DNA of 64,000 nt, taken from Podarcis cretensis. Taxonomy: Eukaryota. Positions 1 through 12,195 of the stretch are shown here, piece by piece. The first letter of the stretch is position 1; each line of letters starts with the position of its first letter. Both the position numbers and the translations under genes were made by a program. The DNA lies in contig OX638153.1 in the NCBI GenBank assembly GCA_951804945.1, positions 30,938,001 through 31,002,000 on the forward strand, given 5' to 3'. A model generated the notes under the pieces. That model saw only the letters and a list, made by a program, of their open reading frames with translations, was not told where the DNA came from and did no database searches.

Positions 1-3000
1 GCACGCACGTGCACACACACTTATATAAAAAAATGCAATTTATGGCAGCAAACAGTCCATCCTTATGTCTATAATGCCCAGTTCTGTAATCTGCTTATTT
101 CCTCTCTAGCAATTTCATAAGGATGCCACATCTTAGTTAACTTTGTTATTTCTAATTGTTCCCAACTTTTCTGAATTAAATCTTCGGTGTTCTGTTATTT
201 TTTCCAGATTTTAGCGTATAATATCCTTGCAATGGGTACTATGTACAAAACCCTGTGTTTTATTACTTCTTTGTACTCTCGTCTCTTTGTGTATAATAAT
301 AATAATAAGCACAATGGTGGTTCTACATTTATCTGTATCTGTAACAATTCTCTGAGCATCTCACGTTACCATTTGCCAAAACACCCCACCACATGTGAAA
401 GTTGTTGCCTTTATCTTTATGACATATCCACATTATGCAAACTTCACACCATATCTTATTATTATTATTTAGAAGCCACTAACCCTAGTTTCCAGGTTTT
501 CACATAACTGGACACTCTGATTAAAAACTGAATTCTGGTTTGTTCAGCTGTTTGCTCACAGAGTGGCACAAAGTGGCAGTGAAGAGGCTGTGTTCACCCA
601 CCAGCAACTTGTGCACATCCCACCTTATTAAGCCAGGATATGATTCTGCAAACCACATAGTAACTTGTCAAATTAGCCCATGACAAAGGTGGAGCCTGAA
701 CTGGGTCTCTAAGATCAGTATCCACTGGACCATATAGGCTAGGCTCTCAGTTGCACCCTGAGACCCAAGCATCTAAATAGTAGCAACTTGAGTCAAAGCG
801 TGTCAGAAGGGAAACAACCCCCCCCCCCCAACATTTCCAAAAGTGCTGGGAACAAACACTTCCTTGGCACAGGAGGTAGAGTGCTAAAGTGTCTATGAAC
901 CACCACCACCCTTCCCGGGCCTTGCATTTTTAAAACTGCCCATGTCTTTGCCTGAAAACTGTGGTAGGCTTGTGCAGCGGAGCCAGCTGTTACTCTGCTG
1001 TCACCAGGAAAGGCTGACACATACACTCCCGTATCCTAGGGACCACCCTCATTAGGCAGAACTCACAAAGCACAAAGGAAGCTACAGCAAACAGATGAAG
1101 AATTACTGCATTCATTCACAAAGGGCCTTGAAACTACACAAAATCAAATGGAACACGGGACAATCAGGAAGATATGATTGAGACGGAGGGAGGGAACCCA
1201 GTTTATTTACTGGCCTTTCATAATCTGTGTGCTTCTTTCTGAATCAAGCTTACATCTGTCTAGACTAATTAACTCCTTAAAACTTATGCACAGTCTGCTC
1301 TCTAACTATGCACACGCGAACCACTTTGGGCGTCGAATAGGAGTTTCAAAAGTGCGCCAGGAGTCTCTCCTTTGTTAAGGGAAGTGCACAAGGAAGGAAA
1401 GCAACAAATTACTCTTGTGGCATGTGAAGAGCTGGCATGGATTGCTCCAAGAAGATGGCATATTTTATCTTGGTTTTTCTCCGAAGCAGCTACCCCAAAG
1501 TAACAAGTGAGGTATGGCACGAGCCATGCATTGTTTCCAAGAATCACATTATTTAAAACACATGCACATAAACCTCCCACCATTCTATCAGCTGCCAAAA
1601 AACCCCCACTGTTAAATATTCAGAACCAGCCACTAGGAGTACACCAATAATTCATACCTATCTATATGGCTAAAACATAATAGCTGGGTGAGATTTTCAG
1701 TGATGCATGTGACCATTTAGATTCCTTCTCTCATCTTTTCCATGTAAGCATGATCCATGGACAATTGGACTAAGACACATCTGATAAAGAATAACTTTAA
1801 ACATGTAACAGAACATATATGGAAGATCTATAAGGCCTAAGTCATTCAGAGATTGCTTAGTCAGATTGCCAAGTAATTCGTGCGTTTGTTTTTGTGTGGG
1901 TGGGTGTCTTGAAATCCAGCTCTGCTGGCCTTTAACAAAAGGTGCTACTAATCACTTATTTAAAAACTCACCAACATGTGTGTGTGTGTGAAAAGCAAAG
2001 CAGTTGATTATTGTGTAGCACAATATGCAGATTACTGAGTTCTTCCCATCACCATTCAACTTTGTCTAGAGAGTGTGCCACTTACATGAACAATCCTTCA
2101 AACAAGCAGCACTTCTGACATGTGCAGAGTGTTGCATCTCAAACAACCAAAGAAAGCAAACAAGCACTTTCCAAAGCCTGCTAAAAGTTTGGGATCAGCT
2201 GGGAGGGCAATCTGGATTTCAATGCTAATTGCATACATTCTGATTTATCATAGAAGATTCGACTCCTGGCATTTTGTATTTGCTCTAAAATGCTGGCATA
2301 GCTGGAAGTGCAGGGGTGTGGGGGGGAGATGCTGTAACAATCTCATTGTTTAGTGTCTGACAGCCTGACTAGCTAAACATCTGTTTGAAATATTAATAAC
2401 TGTCAGATGGGAACAGCTCAGGGGCTCCGTACGGTTTCACACCATCTGTTTGTAGAATAAACACACTTACATGCATACACTTGGAAACATTTTGTCTGAG
2501 TTCTACATTCCTCGTCTGCTACAGTTTGCATATGTAGGTTGATGGGAGGTAGGGGACTGTAGCGGCCCAGGACCACATGGGCTGGTAAGTTTGAGCATGC
2601 TGCTGGGGAAAAGACTAACTGAGGGCAGGTACATGTTACACTGCAGACAACCTTCCCGTTCCTCAACTATGTGTCTCCCGATGAACTCCTGTATCACCCA
2701 TAAGAAAGCAGCACATGTGGGCTGGACAACTACATCCCATTGTAGCTCCAAGGCACAAGTCCAGTGTATGTCCCCATGTATTTACAGACACTTCCCTGCC
2801 GTCAAACACTTCACATTTACCAGAAGACAGGTTGCGAAGAAACTGCAAATGCATCAGCCGCATAAAGTGTGAATCAGCCCAGTGAGTTGAAAACATGCAA
2901 AAACAAAACAAAAAACACACAACAAAAACCCAGAGGAAGAATTCATGCATATTTAACAACGGTGGCATAAAGACACCACCAACCATTTGTATTTTTCTTC

Positions 3001-3708
3001 TTTCAAGAGCCTCTTAATATTAGATTTATTAAAGTATGCTGGGCTTCTATTACAAGCAGTTAATATTGGGAAAAGGAGTATCTTGAAAAGATGTCCCTGG
3101 GTACTTTTTTAATTTCCCATTTGGAAGATATGCATATATTGCCCTCTTCTAATTTGGGTGCAAAGTCTTGATACTTCGTTTAACTCAACTGACTTTGCTT
3201 TTCCCCTCCTCCTGCTGCCCCAACCCAGGCTTAGTAGATCATGCTAAGCCAAACAGGCCTTAAACTGAATCCAGAATGCATAGGCAGTTGGAAATAATTC
3301 TATCCACCCCTCACTTCCTGATGTTTAGCAAAAGAGCGATCTATATGAATGAATGAGCATCACAGATTTGCAACAGTCTTTGCCGCAGCTAAATGATTCC
3401 TGATCACCTAAGGTACCTTCTGCCCAACTGACTACATGAGATTATCGTAAAGGGTTCAAAGATCACAGGATGTTCAGTACACTACAAGCACAGCTGGACT
3501 TTTGCCTTTTATCTCCTGTTTCCCACACATTTTCCTGTCTCCAACTGTCCCTGTGCTGACTATTCCATATTCTTGCTTTTACTTCCTCCCTGTAATTGTG
3601 ATCAGCTCTGCTTCCTTTGCCTTCTCCCTAATAATGCTTTCAAAATCTCACATATCATCTGCAGAAGCTCTATCTTATTTCTGTTATGTCACATGGCCCT
3701 TGTCATTG

Positions 3709-3862
3709 ACAGTCAGCGTAGTGTAAACATTGCAGTGTTGGACTATGACCTGGGAGATCAGGGTTCAAATCCCCATTCAGCCATGAAACTCACTGGGTGA
3801 ACTTGGGCCAGTCAGCGCTTCTCAGTCTAACCCACCTCATAGGATTGTTGTGTGGATAAAAT
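3709..3862 (+). mobile_element. Old tRNA-derived SINE fragment (Squam3/MIR-like)
   Basis: tRNA-like head with B-box-like gggttcaaatccc, followed by ctgggtgaacttgggccagtca...cacctcataggattgttgtg, resembling the copy at 35095-35339. Confidence 0.65.
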
Positions 3863-4204
3863 TTCCCCTTCTCCCTTGCAGCTCTTCAGACACCCTCAAA
3901 ATCTGCTTGATAGGGTTGGAGGCAGCAGATTTTTGGGTGGTGAGGAGGAATAGGAAGTTCAGCTGCTCCACTTGCGCAGTGTTGGATACAACCCTGAGCA
4001 TTTGACTGCCAATGCATGCTGAACTAACAACCAATAAGCTCAGACTGAAGCGGTAAGAGAGAAAGCATATGCACGAGTGACCTGTGCTTCCTTTTTCCAT
4101 GCTTCCAGATTATGGTACAGAATGGGAGATGTCCTTCCCTAGCTCTCATAATCAACAGTGCGTTTAGCTTCCCTGCTAGTTGCCTGGAAATTGTCCTTTA
4201 CTAA

Positions 4205-4567
4205 GGACCTCTGGACAATTAAGTCAAGTCGAAGGTGACTATGGGGTTGTGGCACTCATCTCACTTTCAGGCAAAGGGAGTCAGCGTTTGTCCACAGACA
4301 ACTTTCCGGGTCACGTGGCCAACATGATGAAACCGCTTCTGGTGCAATGGAATACCGTGACGGAAGCCAGAGCATGCGAAAACGCCATTTACCTTCCCGC
4401 CACAGCGGTAGCTATTTATCTGCTTGTACTGGTGTGCTTTTGAATTGCTAGGTTGGCAGGAGCTGGAACAGAGCATTGGGAACTCACTCCGTTGCGGGGA
4501 TTCGAACTGCCGACCTTCTGACTGGCAAGAGGCTCAGTGGTTTAGACCACAGCACCACCCGCATCCC
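4205..4567 (-). mobile_element. Sauria SINE (Squam1)
   Basis: Similar to five other copies in the window; tRNA-like head; exact 14-bp TSD ttgtcctttactaa at 4191-4204 and 4571-4584. Confidence 0.92.
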
Positions 4568-4899
4568 TGGTTGTCCTTTACTAACCTCACTTAAAGGTAT
4601 GCAAATCCATTTGGGGGAATCAGTCAGGTGTCTGCTCTCTTCATTAGGATGCCCACACTCCCAAGTGACTTCTGGCTTTATGCATATGAATTATGTTTTA
4701 TCATAACTGCTCTGGAGTTGTTGGGGGTTTTTTTACAATGAAGAGGATAGAAATGTTTTAAAAACGAAAGCTTCATCATTTTCTAATGCACTTCTGGGCT
4801 GATCCATAGTTCTGTGATAGACTCTGAGCAACCTAAGAGTTTCAAAGGAAGAGGTACAGTGGAATGTACTTTTTGAATAGATGTACGAGTTCTGCTTAC

Positions 4900-5058
4900 C
4901 AGAACACTCAGAACTGTAGTTCCCACGGTAGCATTCTCAAACAGACTGATGTTGTAGAGGACTTGGCTGAAAATTGGGCGGTTGTCATTCTCGTTGATGA
5001 GGTTAATCTTCACCCGTGCAAAGCCAACATGGTCTGGCATGCTCTCATTTGCAAACAG
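4900..5058 (-). CDS. CDH23: CDH23 exon (human exon 14 equivalent), 159 nt, phase 0/0: LFANESMPDHVGFARVKINLINENDNRPIFSQVLYNISLFENATVGTTVLSVL
   Basis: Acceptor ccttgtttccactcag|CTG, donor CTG|gtaagc; NENDNRP linker; overlaps ORF 4783..5040. Confidence 0.97.
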
Positions 5059-5107
5059 CTGAGTGGAAACAAGGAGTAAATGATGAGTATGAAATTTAAT
5101 TTGTGTC

Positions 5108-5111
<4 letters not shown>

Positions 5112-5155
<44 letters not shown>
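5112..5155. repeat. (GA)n microsatellite, about 22 units
   Basis: Direct reading. Confidence 0.97.
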
Positions 5156-5157
<2 letters not shown>

Positions 5158-8100
5158 TCTAAATGTCCCTTGATTTCCCTGAGTGGACTGTTATGACAGC
5201 AGCAAGCATTTGGCTGGCAGGCTACGCATCAGGATTGAACCAGAATTCCACTGAATATGCCTGATGCATGAGCATCTTTTCATTCAAAAGCTCACAGCTT
5301 AACACTGCCACATTTCCAGGTTACAGCCCCTGGATTTTAACATCCAGAGCCTTGAAGCTTTATTTTCCTATTCAAGGAAGTCAAATCTCAACCTTGCAAT
5401 CAAAAGCATAATCCATGTCTAACCAAAGTGACGTCATTTGTAAATCCCACCAGTAAGGAAATTCTGACAATTTTCTTTACATTTTGGACACATTTGCTTT
5501 CTTATAAGGACATTAGGTACATTTTGAAGTCCATAAAATCTGGCTAGCATTCCAGGCATCCCACCTTTCGTTTTGTTTGAAAAAAATGTTTGCAGTCTTC
5601 AAGCTACAGAAAAGACTGATAAGCCTGAAAACTTAATATTGAATTGGTGAGGACAGAAACTTGGGAACTAGAGTATGTTCAAGATATGAACTGACCCAGT
5701 TTGGGAATCGAAATTATGAATATGGCCAGATTCCCGCTTAATTTGGGTTTGGTTCATAATAGGATGTGCTGCTGCTGCTGCCAATTAGCTCAGCTTGCTA
5801 GTTTTTACCACTCCTTCCAAGCAAATGTACCTCTCAGAGGGGTTGGGGAACTGGTGGCAGGGAGGGTTTGCCTGTGGGAGGCTGGAGAGGACTCTACTTA
5901 ACTTGAAATGATGCTCTTGAGAGTCATTCATGCTGGAACTCACTGGATTTGTAGCACTGTGTGCATCTTGTTTCAAATGAGTTGAAGACACATTCATTAT
6001 ACGTAAACTAGAAGCCTTGCACTTTATATATTTCCAACGCTGCCCTTTATTCTGAAAAGTCATCCACTTCAGCTTTATATGCCTATCAGGATTTAGTTGT
6101 GGGTTCCAGTGTCATGTTTGTGATACAAGCATCAACGCCCTCAGGAACTACGGCATAGGGATTTGCCACTATCTTACCCTCTTAACTTTTAAAACCCGAG
6201 CAGGATTTAACCCAATGATTTACATTTCTATTTTATGCCCTGTAGTGCTCTAGGAAGGCAGGATTTTATTTATGCTTCCTTGCTGGTGTATAAAGGCCCA
6301 CTGTCAAGACTAATAGCAACAGAGGCTGCTGGCATGATGTTTACAGAGCTGCTTTGACTTTCGAAAAATTTACAGCTCACCCAGACATTGGGACAAAGCT
6401 GAAGCAGGCATCTGGAAAGAGCTTCAGTGCTTGATAGGTGCATTTAAACCAAAGTTTTATAGAACATAAAACTTTTATAGCTTCAAAACATAAAAGGGAG
6501 GGGGTGTTCTATTTAAGCTTCTGCAGCTGGGGCCCTAAATTTTGGAAGATAACGCTCACAGCAGATCTCTTTTCATTTTCTTCTTCTTTTTTGGCCAAAT
6601 TTTAATATTGTGAAAACAGTACGAACTGGGCAAATTAGCAAGAGCTGTGAAAGCCCCTCCACATGTGACATTTGCTTCTGTCCCTGATTTTTTAACAAAC
6701 TTATTGCACTAATATTTTGTCCCTGCACCTAGTGACGCCAACCTCCTTTCCTATTACCCAATAACATGACAATCACACATGATAAATGATACAGTGTGGG
6801 ATGCACACCACATTTTAATGTCATTCTCCCAAAGGTGACAGGCTAATGCACGCTTGTCAAATATATAGGCACACTGAGTTTTTTTGGGGCCTACAGTTCC
6901 TCCTCCTAACATTCCCTTAGTCAGCAGCTGCTTTTTATACCCATGTCTGATGAAGCACAGTCAGCTAAGATCATTTCCATTAAAGCAGGCCAATTATTCA
7001 TCTGCTTTCAGAAGATCCAGAAGAACGCATCCAGCAGAGGATTCTTTCCTCTATACCTTTGGCCCTGCTGAGTTCATTCTGTTTGCTTTCCATCAGGACA
7101 TCAGAGTCTCCAAGGTTCAGGCCCATTCCTCTTAGTATGATCCCCCACAACAGTAGTACTTTTACACATCACTCCTGTGAGGAACTGGTACTGGGTAAGT
7201 CAGATGTGCATGACCAAACTGGCACACCCAACATTAGATCTGGGAATGTCTTCTTCATTACAAGAGTTTTGTGAAGGAAAAATGTTAACAGCTAGAAGAG
7301 AAAACTTTTGCAAGCCTACTGTACTGATCCCACAGGACCAATTCAGGAATGAACTTTGTCCACTCACTTACAAGTTGATGCAGCATCCACTTTGGTCCTT
7401 TACAAGTTTCAAGGCACCAAAGAGTTCAGAGGCTTAACAGGTTGCCCTGTGTTCCAAAGCACGGGATCTCTCAGGTAGAAGGATGGTTTTAAAAGGTAAT
7501 AAGTAACAACAATAATAACTTCCCCATTTGCCCCCTAGGCAGCTAGTTTGCAGTGAAAGGGCTTTCAGAAGGAAATCATTACAAAAGATAGTAACACAAC
7601 AACATTAGTAAACATAACAAACAACAAACCATGACTTGTTAGTTTCATCCATATTAACTTCTACATGTCAACAGTAACTGGAGGAAGCTCACTGTGGTAA
7701 AGCAAGCAATATCATTCATCACAGAACATGGAGGCTGATTTTTATTTTTAATGGGAATGTTCATTCAAGTCATTCCTGTAATGAACATAAAAGTGCAGAA
7801 GGTGTTATAGCTAGTTTGATGGCGATTGTCATGGGGTATGTTCAACAAAAGGACCAAGGTAGGCACAAACTCCATGCAGCTGTGCTCCATTAAGCATCTG
7901 CCTATTCTGGCACAGCTGTCACATGACTTAATTCCTCCACTGCTAGGCCTATGGCATAGGGATCGTAAACTTTATGAAGACACACAAACTGCATTTTAAC
8001 TACTTCATATAAAGTGGTACACCTGGAGAGGAATGACACAGGGAGGCCACATCTTAAAACAGATGCTGGGAAAAGGGACTCTGTGTAAAGGGACAAAAGA

Positions 8101-8702
8101 AAAGAACTTAGAAATGGGCTGGAAGCTTATTTGCTTATGAAAGAGAAGAGAGTAATGTTTATCTGAACTAGTCCAGTAGGATAGAAGCACATTTACAAAT
8201 ATGTTTGTGGAAATGAAGTTTCACAGACATCCTTTACTTAAAAACAGATGTCTTTAGCTGGTGTAGCATTATGATGAAGAGTGCCAGCTGACCAGCCACC
8301 ATTTATGTCCTCAATCAGATCCCTCACCTGCAATGTTGGACAATAATACTGGTCTGCTTCAGTGGGCTGTTGTAAGAATTTTTGAGAGAACAAATGTGAA
8401 AGCCTGAACTCTTGAAACATGTTATACGGATAGTAATGTTGATTAGAGGAATTCGTCTTGCAATCAAATGTTTTATCATGTTAGTCACTGGGAGCTCATT
8501 CTATCATTAAGGAGTACTTCAAATTTGTAACTATTTTACTGCTAACTCTACTTGATTAATTTTGCCATACTCAAAAATCTGTCTCCACTCCCATATATTA
8601 TCTTTCTCCACAATGAAGATGGATGGTATCCAACCATCTTCAATCTCTCTTATGTCTCACCCTCCCTTAAGTTGTTCATATATCTTTTAAAAGAATCCTT
8701 AC

Positions 8703-8852
8703 AGAAAATTCGTAGCGAGGGATTGTCTCAAAGTCCAGCGGCACTGCAACTCTAATCCGGATATCTGCCTTTCCTTGAATTGACGTTGGAGAGATGATAA
8801 AGTGGTTGGAGTTGTTTCCCACCAGGTAAACTTCAAAAACACTGTTGAGCCC
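8703..8852 (-). CDS. CDH23: CDH23 exon (human exon 13 equivalent), 150 nt, phase 0/0: GLNSVFEVYLVGNNSNHFIISPTSIQGKADIRIRVAVPLDFETIPRYEFS
   Basis: Acceptor tttttgtttcttcag|GGG, donor TCT|gtaagg; within ORF 8676..8942. Confidence 0.97.
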
Positions 8853-9195
8853 CTGAAGAAACAAAAAAAAAGGCAGTAATATTAAACCTGAATGAGCCTG
8901 ACTGGTTGGTGTGCAGATAGGGATTACCAACACTAAACACATAGGAAAAGTCTACCCAACTCAACAGAAGAAAAGTGAACAGAACATAGCCTGAAGGTAA
9001 AATAACATAATGAAGTGTGCAACAAAAACAAAAAAGAGAGATGGAATACATTTTTTTAAAAAATGGCAAAGAAATAAATCTGTAAATATGGAGAGTGGGA
9101 AGCCACGGTTTGCTTGTGTCTACAAAACTCAAATAGTAGCAGTTTACTCTAGCAGCGACTTCGGCAGTCAAGTACTGGAACATCACTTCCATACT

Positions 9196-9490
9196 GGAAC
9201 ATAAAAACAGCCCTTCTGGATTAAACCAAAGGGCCCTCTAGTCCAGTTTCCCGTTCTCACAGTGGCCAATCATATGCCTATAAGAAGCTTGCAAACAAGA
9301 CATGAATGCAACAACACTTTCCATACTTAGGCTCCCCAGAGGCATACTGCCTATGATGCTGGAGGTAATATCTAGCTATCATGACTAGTGGCATGGATAG
9401 CCTTACACTCTGTGGATTTGCCCAAGTACACCTTTAAAATTGCCCAAGTTGGCAGCCATCGCCATTTTGTGGTAGCAAAACTATGTGCTG
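9196..9490 (-). mobile_element. Degraded CR1 LINE 3' end
   Basis: gaacataa...ctggattaaaccaaaggg...tagtccag...ctcacagtggccaa...atagcctta is the reverse complement of a typical squamate CR1 3' end; similar to 28085-28250. Boundaries approximate. Confidence 0.7.
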
Positions 9491-11544
9491 TCTGAGTGCC
9501 TTTCATTGCACCCCCAGCCCAGCCCAAATGCCCATAGATTTCCAGGAAGCCTTGAGCACCATTTTTATTTTACACTCTTCTTAAATGAATATTTGGGGAT
9601 CAAAAACACATTCAGTAGAACCTTACATCTTCTTGAAATATTAATTCCAAATGAATTACTATGAAATCTGTGAGACCACTTATGCATTTATTTATTTATT
9701 TTTGCTAAAGAGCACATAGTTGGTGTAAATCTCCCCTTAAGCGGCAGTAGTAGTAGCTATCCTTATCATAATGGAGAGGAGAAGAAGCCTCAGCATTAGA
9801 ACTTGAGCAGAGAAGGGGGCAGCTGAAAAAAAAGAAAAAAAGTTTTGTTCCCCAAAAAACTGACACTTCACAATCTCCATGCCCAAACACTGCGCTCCTT
9901 CCCAGAGCCCAGCCCAGCAGAGCACATTACAATAAAGTTGAAAAAACCGCTGGAGCTGAATTTCCAATTTTCCCCCAAATGGAGTCAGTCTTCTTGGAAG
10001 GAGGGACCAATTAAATGCACGAAGGGGCACTAATAGCAAAAGCTGGCTGAGCGTGACAGCTGAGAAGCGGGTGACATGGCTAGAGAATCCCCCTTTCTAT
10101 TTCTGCCTCCCTCCTCCCAACCAAATCCAACAATAAATACCCTAGAATGCAGCGGAAAAGAGCTAAAATAATATTGGTATTTATACAGGAGCCAGAGGTG
10201 AGGGTGATACCTCACAGACAGATTTAGGAAGACCAGGTTCCTATTCCAAAGATCTGGCAACTTGAAGAAGCCAAAAAAGTATCGTATTGAAATCTAAACT
10301 GAAAAGTAAACAATTGTAAATAGGGTTTTGTTCTCCAGGTAGCATGTGCAACATGAAAATAACCAGAATCTGCCGGCTCATGCTTCTGCTTATTGGAGAA
10401 TGAAAAGGGTTCCCTTTCTTTTTCAAAATACAGGTGGGGAAAATGCCACACTCAGGACAGAAGTTCAAGATCAAATGTTCCTTTCTTCCATAGTTCTGAG
10501 GTGGAAGCTGTCTTCAGTTCTGGAATGAATAAAAGTAATTCATCCCAAAGATGGGATTATATTCTCTAATTTGCTAGAAACACCCCTTTTGAAGTTGTGA
10601 TAACCATAGGCTGCACCAAACGAGGCAAATGTATCTATGCAATAGCATATAGTGAACATGTCAACAGATTTCTAGAGTACTTCCCTGCACACAGACTCAA
10701 TCAAAGGCCAAGTCCTATCAATTGTAGAAGCTGCAGAACCTTTCAAGGACTGAGCTGCAAGAACACTTGAGGGCCTTGAAAGTCAGATGAATGAAATATT
10801 TACTTTAGTACCACAGAAGTAGAAATCCTGGAACCCCAAAAAAGTGGAACAAAAATTTAAACCTCCTAGAAACCTGGGCCATAGAAAGAATGAGGGCTCT
10901 CCTAACATTCATGGTGTGCCATTCTTTCCACCCTAAATGATGGGGATTTAGAAAGAAGGCAAGACAATCTCCTCAAACCTATTAAATGAAATGCCCCATT
11001 TCTGTTTGCACAAATCAGTAGAGAATTTATCTAACGTTGACTGTTTATTGAATAGTCATTCTGATGTATCTACAGGAAGGTTCTGTGATGTCACACCAAG
11101 CACATTTTCCAGCACATTTTCCCAACACTTTTGAAGCTCCCATTGGTGAAAGTGGAAGTTTCCCTGTTCTGGTTTCATGGAGCCATGGGGCCGATTTAAA
11201 CCTACATTATAACACATGGCTATTTATGACTCGTTGGATGAACAACATCTGGCTACTCTAAACAAATGGCTCTTTTCTATCTTTATGCTTAATGATCAAC
11301 AGTTGGCCACTTACGGTCAGAGTTGCTATACCAGGCCTCTGCTGTATATGCACTTCAAACTAATGCAAGTAAAAAATACAAAATCAGGTTTGTATTTCTT
11401 AAACATCATATGCAAGAATCTTTTACATCTGGTAGGATTCATGCTCCATCACCCCACTCACAAATTATTTACATAAACCATGAAAAACTAGAATTTTGTA
11501 CTGGCCTTATTTCTGCCGTAATTCTTCAGCCTGCTTGCTTTTTT

Positions 11545-12195
11545 CTTTATTTACTTATTTTAACAAATTAATATCCCACCCTTCCTCCCAAAGGAGCACA
11601 GTGTGGTGAACAACAAGTGATAAAATAACAAAACTTCTTAAAGAAGATTCCAGTATAGGTGCAGACTAGGAAAAATCTCAGCTTAAAAGTCTCTAGATGG
11701 AAGAGGAAGGTCTTCAGTAGGCACCAGAAAGACAACAGAAAAGGCACTTGTATAATATTCAAGGGGATGGAATTCCAAAGGGTAAATACCACAAGGCTAT
11801 AGGCCTGACACCTGCGTTATGAGGAATGGACCTCCCAATAAGAGGCAAGATCTTTCAGATATTCTGGTCCCAAGTTGTTCAGAACTTTATACAGCCAAAC
11901 CAGCACCGTGAATTTAGCCCAGTACCTAATCGGCAGCTTTCAACCATGGGGTGTTGGTGATATTCTGCCCCAGGGAGCAACTAAGCTGCATTTTGCACCA
12001 GCTGCAGCTTCTGGACCAACCTCAAGGGCAGCCCCACAAACACCATGTTGAAGTAATCTAACTTGGAGGTTACCAGCATATAGACAAAGTGGTTCCCGTC
12101 TAAAAATGGCTAAAGCTGCCTTACCAGCTGAAGTCTTGAGCCTCTAGTATGAAGCTGCTCTTTTAGGGGGAGTGTGACCCCACTCAAAGCAGGCA
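11545..12195 (-). mobile_element. Degraded L2 LINE 3' fragment
   Basis: tttatt-rich tail with atatcccacccttc; gtaatctaacttggaggttac is the reverse of a degenerate L2 VTSRLDYCN motif; similar to 52884-53716. Boundaries approximate. Confidence 0.75.

Noticed and set aside
8928-8932. ttttcctatgtgtttag|TGTTG|gtaatc mini-exon just upstream of exon 13
   Set aside because: 5 nt would shift the frame.
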